A stretch of DNA of 64,000 nucleotides from Paraspadella gotoi (lineage: Eukaryota; Animalia; Chaetognatha). The translations under genes and the position numbers were made by a program. The DNA is taken from assembly GCA_051294375.1 (NCBI GenBank), contig JBJCIZ010000028.1, positions 391,108 to 455,107 of the forward strand. Direction: 5' to 3'. This document shows, piece by piece, positions 51,082 to 60,800 of this stretch (within the stretch, counting starts at the first letter, position 1; the number at the start of each line of letters is the position of its first letter). Under the pieces are notes generated by a model. It had not been told where the DNA came from. It was given only the letters and a program-made list of their open reading frames with translations, and did no database searches.

Positions 51082-51872
51082 GCGAGAGAAAGGGATCGGC
51101 AAACATTCATTCATTCATTCATTCATTCAGTCAAAAAATAACGAGGCATTTCAGTTAATACTTGTTCCTCTCGGGCAAAAGTTATTTCATTTGTTTTGTC
51201 ATGTGACCACCTAGAAATTCGGTCGCTGGCGATCAGTAACTTATGGGTCATAGCGTGTGTTATACTTGGTCTATTTAATGCTTCACAAATGCTTCAAAAA
51301 ATTTTTATAAATTTATTAATTAAATAGCGAAATGGGTTATTTATTTTTTACCTTTTAAATCTTTTCCACTCGGAGGATTCCATCGAAACTTGATTTCCAG
51401 CTCAAACTCACACTTTTTTAGTCGCACACAAAATTTCAAGTAAATCGCCTCATTGATTTGCGTTCAAATCTAAGGGGCGACAGACAGACGGACGGACGGA
51501 CGGACGGACGGACGGACATCTATTTTTTTGCATAATTTATCATAACTCGATTTTCTAACATGATATGATTAATTTACGACAAGATTTTTGTGTGGAACCG
51601 ACAGACCGACAAAACCGAAATGTGCTGTAAAATATTAGCGACAGGTTTTCAAAAAGTCGCCGTCGACGTCGGCAGGTCTCATCTGAGACTACTTTCAAAT
51701 TACCACCTCATGCTTTCTACACTAGTTTGAAAATAGGAAAAAAAAGTAAGTTAAGTTAACTCGTCTTACATTCATCGCTTAGGCTTTACGCATCGTAATA
51801 TCGCAGCACAGGAAAAAGTTTGATTTTTTCTATTTAATTTTGTTTTTCTTTTTTTCCAAAATTTGAGAAAAG

Positions 51873-53328
51873 ATGAAGATTTTTTTGGTTTTGATCTTGA
51901 CTGTCGTTTTGATCGAAGGAAGGAGACTAAAGAATAAGGTAAGTTGGACTTGAAATGGAATTGTATTTTGTGAAGTTGATTTTAACCTTCATGGCTAACC
52001 AAAATCTGTTACCAAACAAATAATAATAATAATAATAATCCCTAACTCTAAATGCATAACCTAGGAGCTGACGTCGTTCTTAAAGATTTTTTCAATAAAG
52101 ATTTTCGTTCAAATCTGACTACCAAACAATATAAACGCTCCTGGGAAAAATTCCAGTAAAAAATCGATGTAAAAACACTTGATTCCGATCCTGTTGCATC
52201 TGAAGGGCTCGCATTTTTTTTCTCTTGTCAAATCATCAACATCTTGATATCAAACAAACCAGAACAAATAGACTGCTTCTGTACGAAAAAATGTTCCATC
52301 TTTGATTTTATATAGAAATGAAAGGGTGTGGCGGTATATTCACACCGCCTCACGTCCACCACACGTCCGCCACACGTCCGCCTCAAGTCCATTGGCTCAG
52401 AGGGGGAACACACCATCCCAGGCATAGTGTTCCATCCACAATCCTAATGACTTCCCTCTGCGTTGGCAAAGCGAGACCGTCCTAGGGTAACCGCGCCAGT
52501 GACTGGAGGCGTCACTGAGGGTCGGAAGCCCCCAAAGCCAACAGTGAGATGCCCCATCTCAATGGGCATCACAGGCAACCCGGCTATTGCCACAAGGGAT
52601 TTTTTCCCTTCAAGACAATATAAACGTGATTGAGATATGTTCCAGTTTCACAAATTACGTCAAATTCAGGAATCCTCTGGCAAAGTCTCTGAAGGGCTCT
52701 CAAAATTTTTTATTTAGTTATTTTAATATTTTAAAGTAAAAGTAAAAGAGGAGCTAACGATCGGAATTCTAAGATTTTTCAACTGGGAGTCAGATTCGTG
52801 AAAAATCTTCTATGGTAAAAATCTTCCTTAGAAGATGTGGATTTTCCGAAGATTTTGGTTAATATTTTCTATATTTATGGTCGGATTTCTTTTAAACTTA
52901 ACAATAGCAATAGTGCCATCATTCTACATTCATCATTCATATATAAGAATATATTAAAAAAAAACCTCTGGCTTTTTTCGTCCGAGCTTAGTCCTACATA
53001 ATCCTAACCCTAACCCCTAACCCAAAACTCTAGTCCCTTACCCTAATCACTAACTTAATCCCTAACCCTAATCGTCAACACTAATCCATAACCTTAAAAA
53101 CGAATTTTGGATGAAACGGGGCGTCTTGGGAAAATAAGGCCCCTTTTTCTCCCCATTCAGATAGCCACCGACGAGGACAGAGCCGCCAAGGATTACTGCA
53201 TAGAACAGAATGGAATGTGCGGAGGCGATGTCATGTACCCTTGTTGCCCTGAATACACCTGCATCATCAACGACGGTGACGTTTGGTTGTGTGGTGACCC
53301 GAATCGAGAGTTAATCAACAATGAATGA
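51873..53328 (+). CDS. Secreted knottin precursor, paralogue D (exon 1 51873-51938, exon 2 53161-53328; 77 aa, intact)
   Basis: MKIFLVLILTVVLIEGRRLKNK|IATDEDRAAKDYCIEQNGMCGGDVMYPCCPEYTCIINDGDVWLCGDPNRELINNE*; AAG|GTAAGT donor, pyrimidine-rich CAG acceptor, phase 0; C-x6-C-x7-CC-x4-C-x9-C; AATAAA shortly after the stop. Confidence 0.88.
52327..52594. mobile_element. Solo LTR (268 bp) in the knottin D intron; duplicate at 59599-59861
   Basis: GC-rich island bounded by TGTGGC...GCCACA with AGGG on both sides (4-bp target duplication). Confidence 0.7.
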
Positions 53329-53578
53329 TAGGAATCTCGACGGAAACTGGGAAATGAGGAAATGAGGAAAATAGAAAGGCGGAAAGGCGACGCCGATGGG
53401 AAAACGTCTCAATTCATAATAAATATGACATGAAATATGTATGAAGTGAGAAAAATAAAAATTTCAAAATAAAACAAAATATAAATGAAAGAATAATGAA
53501 TAATTTCTTTTATTCTTTAAACATCATACTATGACTGTAGAAGAGTATTGCATAGTTATTGAAGGTGATTAAAACATA

Positions 53579-54080
53579 GTATGGTGGACTAAAATCCACC
53601 AACCGTTCATCAGCGGCCATTGGTGCCGGAGGCAAGTCATTCGCTTCCCAACCCAAAGGTCCGGGGTTCTCGTCCGGTGGCCGCCTAGCAGTTAAGAGGG
53701 ACGGGGCGCTTAACCCGCCTGTAACTCGGTGTTACAGCCTGATCCGAAGCTCAGGCACTGCTTATATTGAACGGTTCTGACATTAACACTTATCAATAAT
53801 TACTGTCTCTTCATGGGTGAGCTCAACTTCCGAACACAACAGCAACAACAACACTTTCAGGCGACATGCCTCAACCTGGCGATGCACTTTCCACCAACAA
53901 CAAAAATTCACTGAAGAGACGCAACAGACTTCTTTATACGGGAGGGGGGATGTATGGTGGACTAAAATCCACCAACCGTTCATCAGCGGCCATTGGTGCC
54001 GGAGGCAAATCATTCGTCTCCCAACCCAAAGGTCCAGGGTTCTAGCCCGGTAGCCGCCTAGCAGTTTAAGAGGACGGGGC
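53579..54080 (+). mobile_element. TRIM-like miniature LTR element (5' LTR ~53579-53813, internal 53814-53950, truncated 3' LTR 53951-54080); duplicate at 60850-61354
   Basis: ~130-bp direct repeat; the first copy extends to ..TTCA followed by TGG (PBS position); polypurine tract GGGAGGGGGGA immediately before the TG-starting second copy. Confidence 0.65.
53613..53684 (+). other. tRNA-shaped 72-nt sequence inside the LTR (second copy 53986-54057); probably tRNA-derived, not a functional tRNA
   Basis: 7-bp terminal stem GCGGCCA/TGGCCGC, T-arm-like CCGGG-GTTCTCG-TCCGG, central CTTCCCA (Gly-like loop); D and anticodon stems are poor. Confidence 0.45.
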
Positions 54081-54287
54081 AGGTCTCATCTGAAATGCCT
54101 TTTTAACTACCACCTCGTGCTTTCTACACTAGTTTGAAAATAGAAAAAAAAGTAAACAAACATTGCTAATTTTTGCTTTGTTTACTCATCTTAAATGAAT
54201 CGCTTAGGCTTTACACATCGTAATATCGCAGAACAGGAAAAAGATTGATTTTTTCTATCTAATCTTTTTTTCAAAAATTGAGAGAAG

Positions 54288-54732
54288 ATGAAGTTTTTTT
54301 TTGTTTTGATCTTTGCCATCGTTTTGATCGAAGGAAGGAGACTGGAAAAAAGGTAAGTTGGACTTAAAATGGAATCATATGTCTAACCAAAATTTGTTAC
54401 CAAACCAATATTAATAATAATAATCCCTAACCCTAATGCATAACTCTAACCCAAAACCCTAATCCCTTACCCTAATCACTAACTTAATCCCCAACCCTAA
54501 TCGTCAGCCTAATCCATAACCTTAAAAATGAATTTTGGATGAAACAGGCCTTTTTCTCCACTTTTAGATAGCGACCAATGAGGTCAGAGGCGCCCAGATG
54601 GACTACTGCTTATTGTCGTGGCATAGGTGCGGAGGTGATATTGTGACCCATTGTTGCCCTGGTCTCTACTGCTACCACTACCATGGTCATTATTACGGGA
54701 ATTGTTTACAAGGCCCGATCAACAATGAATGA
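54288..54732 (+). CDS. Secreted knottin precursor, paralogue E (exon 1 54288-54352, exon 2 54568-54732)
   Basis: MKFFFVLIFAIVLIEGRRL(G)KK|IATNEVRGAQMDYCLLSWHRCGGDIVTHCCPGLYCYHYHGHYYGNCLQGPINNE*; C-x6-C-x7-CC-x4-C-x10-C. Exon 1 is 1 nt short here but is a full 66 nt in the duplicate (61562-61627). Confidence 0.85.
54421..54525. repeat. Degenerate (CCCTAA)n telomere-like tract in the knottin intron (also ~10610-10720, ~53000-53095)
   Basis: CCCTAACCCTAA..CCCAAAACCCTAATCCCTTACCCTAA hexamer periodicity. Confidence 0.7.
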
Positions 54733-56624
54733 TAGGAATTTCGACGGAAGCTGGGAACTGGGAAATGAGGAAATGGGAAAAATAGAAAGGCAGAAAGGCG
54801 ACGCTGATGGGAAACTCTCAATTCATAATAAAGATGAACTGAAGTTTTTTTTGTATGAAGTGAGAAAAAGAAAATTTTTAAATAAAATAAAATATAAATG
54901 AATAATTTCTTTTATTCTTTAAACATCATCGACTGTAGAAGAATATCGCATAGTAATTCAATATAATTGAAACATTAAGTTGAACAAATTTTTGTTAAAA
55001 AGTGGATATGATATCATTTTCATTTCTGGCAACGCGAGTATTCAACATGTTCGTTTGTTGGATCCGGCTCTTCTATATTCTGTACAAAGTGAACATTAGT
55101 TAATTTAGCATTGTTATTGTGATTATTCTTTTTCATAATATTTTTATGATAATTTATACGTAATTTATCATCGAACAAGCATCGTTCGTCATTTAGCATT
55201 TTCTTCTTTTGTAATAATGAAATAAACGAGATTGCTCAGACAGACAGACACATAGAGAGAGAGATTAAGTATATGTGACATTTTAAAACAAGAACAAAAC
55301 AAGTGTGAAATAAAAAGCAATTAATTATGCCTCACCACTCTGCCTTGTGTGTATTTATTAAAATGACTCAGTATTTAATAAAATATTCTGCAATGATCAA
55401 TGCAGAATCTGATGATGATGCGGTCATGTGATCGTTTTTTAGGACTGCACAAGTATTGTGCTCATTAAAGGTTTAATAGTACCTCGCTCTCTGCCTGTGA
55501 GAGTTAAATAATTAAAAAAATTGCTTATTTTATTATTGAAAAATAACATCAAAGTGAAGAAGTTGAATGTCTTCCGGCTCCTTTCAGTAAACATCCCTGT
55601 TCTCTTCAATAAGATAATGTTTACTTTTTTGCTGGTGGAAAAGAAGGATAAATACTTAGGCAGTGATGGGGTAAATAATATTTTGTAGAATTTTGTAAGC
55701 ATGCTTGTAAAATCAGACAAGCAAATATTTAGGTGACAAAAAATTCACATTTTAGCCTTTTTTCTTTCAGAATCATTAAAAAGAATTTAATTTTCATTTA
55801 TTCTTATGGGGTGTCATTAGTTTTAAAATTCATTATAATTTTGACTTAGTTTGACACTCACCCTGCAAGGAGGTTTCAGCATAAGTAATTCTAAAAATTG
55901 TATCTTGTATGTGCCCTATGATTATGGCTTCATTTTGGTACTATTGCCATCCCTTTATCTTTATTCCTTCAAAAGATATTAGGAAAAAATCAGTTTTTTT
56001 CTCAACCTTCCTTTTAATTTCTTTTTAAATAAAAATTTCGAGATTCAAACCGGACTATTTCATTTAAACTTGATCATTTTATGTCAAAATCATTATAAAA
56101 TGAAAAAAGAAAAATAGGACAAGCTCTTCAGACACAAAGCTATCGAATTGCAAAATTCGAAGTCTCTCATGGAACAGAACATATAGCAATCCCGTTTGCA
56201 ATTTTAAGTTTGTAAACTTTCCTTTAATTTCTATAGTAAAATATAGTAAAAATATAATAAAATATAGTAAAAATTCTCTGACTATGAGGAGTGCATTTCC
56301 CTGGCTTATTTGATATCAAATCCTTCATGAAATGTGAAAAAACGAATAGGACAAGCTCTTCAGATGTAACGCTATCGGAATCCTGTGTTTTTACAACTGA
56401 TTTCTACCGGAATTTCTAGCAATCGCGTTTGCAATTTGGGTAGTCAGATTTGAACGGAAATCTTTATAAGAAAAATGTTGAATCTTTTTTAAATCGAGAT
56501 TCTCGTCTATAGTTAAACATCCTGTTTTAAATCATTTTCTTTAAATTTTCAGGTTAAATGGGTAAGCACATTTTTTAAAGATTTGTTTTTCAATATGGTT
56601 GTTAAAAAATTCAAGGTAAGAAGT

Positions 56625-56790
56625 TATGTATATACTCTCCTTTCGTTGTTTTTGAGGTATTAGGAAAAAACAGTTTTTGTTTGACAACGATTTATTTGAC
56701 ACAATTTAGTCAGACATGTTTCGGCTCATTCATTTAGAGCCTTCATCAGTATTTGACAATCAATATTTTGTCTCTGTTGAAGTAAGTTTT

Positions 56791-56824
<34 letters not shown>

Positions 56825-57835
56825 TTGAGGGAGAGTTTCCAACAAAGAATAAGTTAAGGGACAGTGGTCAGATCTGAGGACAGCTGAAGGTGAGGAGAGG
56901 GAAGAAGTAAGTCTTTGAAAATGAAATGAGAGTGGGAGAGAGAGAGAGAGAGAGAGAGAGCAAAGCAAAAATTTTTAAACAATACATTTAGCAATGTACA
57001 ACAGAGATAAAATGCATGAAATCTAAACATAAACTGAAATTAATGTTAACAATAGAAATAATAAGTTAGTAGAATAAAGTGGAAATTTGAAATAGAAATA
57101 AGTGGTGAGGATAGATAAGTGAAGAAAAGTGAAAGTAAGTAAAAGAAAGAGCTCAAAAATGAGTTGAATTTTCTGTCTATCGCAAACCAACAACATACTG
57201 ATCAATACATTCCTTCGATTCGCATGCTCCCTTGTCGCACAAGCTCGCCACGGTCAGATCCCTTACCAGAAGAGCTCAGCTGATTCCGTCGACCCCGAGC
57301 TCCAGGCCGCCGAGCTTGAGCATGTCAAAAGAGCCTTGGCGCTCAATGGTTACCCTCTGTGGGCTTACGAGAAGGCAAGGTTCCGGCTGAACCTGGCTGA
57401 GGGCAGTGGCCACCTAGGGGCTGCCAAGTAACTGCTAACGCAAGTTCAACCTCCGCCCCCCAGGAGGACGAACGAGACCTTGCTGCTGAAGGACCGACCG
57501 CGCCCACCACAGCGCAAGTGGGAGATAAGCAGAAGCGTCTCAGGAACGTGGGTCATGTCTCCCTCCCCTACCACCAGGGGATCACTGAAGCACTGGTGCG
57601 GGTGCTGGCAAAGCAGGGATATCCAGTGCAGTGACGACCCGCGGCTCCTTACGTGAGCAATTGGTGAAACCGAAAGACAAAATCCCCAGACTGAAAACAT
57701 CAGGAGCCGTCTACTGGGCGGCCTGTGCAGGGAAGGGCAACCAACCCTGCACAGCAGCATACGTGGGCGAGACAGGAAAGTCTCTGACAGATCGGTTCAA
57801 GCAGCACACAAAGCCATATCGGGACCCACGTGGTC
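56625..57835 (+). mobile_element. Penelope-like retroelement fragment: inverted pLTR (56625-~57160) followed by RT C-terminus and GIY-YIG endonuclease, cut by a gap
   Basis: From ~57162, with frameshifts: FSVYRKPT..TDQYI.FDSHAPLSHKLATVRSL.RRA..ALNGYP; then SGAVYWAAC..C..AYVGETGKSLTDRFKQH. Confidence 0.88.
56713..56749 (-). ncRNA. Minimal type I hammerhead ribozyme with complete core
   Basis: CTGATGA-A-GGCTC-TAAATGAAT-GAGCC-GAAAC-AT-GTC; palindromic ACATGT stem III and GUC cleavage triplet. Confidence 0.75.
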
Positions 57836-57860
57836 NNNNNNNNNNNNNNNNNNNNNNNNN

Positions 57861-60800
57861 AAAAAGCTAAAGTTAATTTTTTACTAAAGAAAAGCGAGTC
57901 TTTGAAAAAGATTATGGCTTATGCATAATATTTTTTTGGGAAAGTGTAGAATTGTCCTTTGTCTCCAAATATGTTACTAGCTTTTTTTTCAATTATGTTA
58001 ATATCATTTTTGTTGTTAATAAAAAAAATATGTTAAAGTTATGATGACGGTAGTTAGTTAGTTTTTTTTTATGATTATAGGCTACAGCTTATTTCACATG
58101 CAATATGTTGATAACGAGTAAAACACCAATCTCCCCCCCCCTCGCCCTGAAGGAAATGCGGTCCTTAAAAACTCTCGACGGTTCGACCTCAGTTCCGGAA
58201 TTAATCGCCGGAAAAAGACTCCTCATCGCCGATTTCCGTCTATTGGCCGAGATTCCCGGCAGAAACATCGAAGAAGGAGGATATTACAAGAATCCGTTGC
58301 GGCCGGAAATTCTGTACTACGCGCCGATCGTGTTGTTTTACAGGCGAGAGAAAGGGATCGGCAAACATTCATTCATTCATTCATTCATTCAGTCAAAAAA
58401 TAACGAGGCATTTCAGTTAATACTTGTTCCTCTCGGGCAAAAGTTATTTCATTTGTTTTGTCATGTGACCACCTAGAAATTCGGTCGCTGGCGATCAGTA
58501 ACTTATGGGTCATAGCGTGTGTTATACTTGGTCTATTTAATGCTTCACAAATGCTTCAAAAAATTTTTATAAATTTATTAATTAAATAGCGAAATGGGTT
58601 ATTTATTTTTTACCTTTTAAAATCTTTTCCACTCGGAGGATTCCATCGAAACTTGATTTCCAGCTCAAACTCACACTTTTTTAGTCGCACACAAAATTTC
58701 AAGTAAATCGCCTCATTGATTTGCGTTCAAATCTAAGGGGCGACAGACAGACGCGACGGACGGACGGACGGACGGACGGACATCTATTTTTTTGCATAAT
58801 TTATCATACTCGATTTTCTAACATGATATGATTAATTTACCGACAAGATTTTTGTGTGGAACCGACAGACCGACAAAACCGAAATGTGCTGTAAAATATT
58901 AGCGACAGGTTTTCAAAAGTCGCCGTCGACGTCGGCAGGTCTCATCTGAGACTACTTTCAAATTACCACCTCCATGCTTTCTACACTAGTTTGAAAATAG
59001 GAAAAAAAAGTAAGTTAAGTTAACTCGTCTTACATTCATCGCTTAGGCTTTACGCCATCGTAATATCGCAGCACAGGAAAAAGTTTGATTTTTTTCTATT
59101 TTAATTTTGTTTTTCTTTTTTCCAAAATTTGAGAAAAGATGAAGATTTTTTTTGGTTTTGATCTTGACTGTCGTTTTGATCGAAGGAAGGAGACTAAAGA
59201 ATAAGGTAAGTTGGACTTGAAATGGAATTGTATTTTTGTGAAGTTGATTTTAACCTTCATGGCTAACCAAAATCTGTTACCAAACAAATAATAATAATAA
59301 TAATAATATCCCTAACTCTAATGCCATACCTAGGAGCTGACGTCGTTCTTAGAATGATTTTTTCAATAGAAGATTTTCGTTCAAATCTGACTACCAAACA
59401 ATATAAACGCTCCTGGGAAAAATTCCAGTAAAAAATCGATGTAAAAACACCTTGATTCCGATCCTGTTGCATCTGAAGGGCTCGCATTTTTTTTCTCTTG
59501 TCAAATCATCAACATCTTGATATCAAACAAACCAGAACAAATAGACTGCTTCTGACGGAAAAATGTTCCATCTTTGATTTTATATAGAAATGAAAGGGTG
59601 TGGCGGTATATTCACACCGCCTCACGTCCACCATCACTCGCCACAGTCCGCCAAGTCCATTGGCTCAGAGGGGGAACACACCATCCCAGGCATAGTGTTC
59701 CATCCACATCCTAATGACTTCCCTCTGCGTTGGCAAAGCGAGACCGTCCTAGGGTAACCGCGCCAGTGACTGGAGGCGTTCACTGAGGGTCGGAAGCCCC
59801 CAAAGCCAACAGTGAGATGCCCCATCTCAATGGGCATCACAGGCAACCCGGCTTTGCCATAAGGGATTTTTTCCCTTCAAGACAATATAAACGTGATTGA
59901 GATATGTTCCAGTTTCACAAATTACGTCAAATTCAGGAATCCTCTGGCAGTCTGAAGGGCTTCTCAAAATTTTTATTTAGTTATTTTAATATTTTAAAGT
60001 AAAAGTAAAAGAGGAGCTAACGATCGGAATTCTAAAGATTTTTCAACTGGGAGTCAGATTCGTGAAAAATCTTCTATGGTAAAATCTTCCTTAGAAGATG
60101 TGGATTTTCCGAAGATTTTGGTTAATATTTTCTATATTTATGGTCGGATTTCTTTTAAACTTAACAATAGCAATAGTGCCATCATTCTACATTCATCATT
60201 CATATATAAGAATATATTAAAAAAAAAACCTCTGCTTTTTTCGTCACGAGCTTAGTCCTACATAATCCTAACCCTAACCCCTAACCCAAAACTCTAGTCC
60301 CTTACCCTAATCACTAACTTAATCCCTAACCCTAATCGTCAACACTAATCCATAACCTTTAAAAACGAATTTTGGATGAAACGGGGCGTCTTGGAAAATA
60401 AGGCCCCTTTTTTCTCCCCATTCAGATAGCCACCGACGAGGACAGAGCCGCCAAGGATTACTGCATAGAACAGAATGGAATGTGCGGAGGCGATTGTCAT
60501 GTACCACTTGTTGCCCTGAATACACCTGCATCATCAACGCACGGTGATCGTTTGGTTGTGTGGTGACCCGGAATCGAGAGTTAAATCAACAATGAATCGA
60601 TAGGAATCTCGACGGAAACTGGGAAATGAGGAAATGAGGAAAATAGAAAGGCGGAAAGGCGACGCCGATGGGAAAACGTCTCAATTATAATAAATATGAC
60701 ATGAAATATGTATGAAGTGAGAAAAATAAAAATTTCAAAATAAAACAAAATATAAATGAAAGAATAATGAATAATTTCTTTTATTCTTTAAACATCATAC

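Noticed and set aside
53107-53160. ORF-track N-terminus MDETGRLGK.. for the cysteine-rich peptide
   Set aside because: Intronic: it ends in a pyrimidine tract and CAG acceptor, and the signal exon is at 51873.
53606-53612. CTGATGA on the minus strand (and CTGAAGA at ~53911) as further hammerheads
   Set aside because: No stem II followed by GAAA could be found.
53613-53684. Functional tRNA-Gly gene
   Set aside because: Anticodon and D stems pair poorly and the T loop is non-canonical; kept only as tRNA-like.
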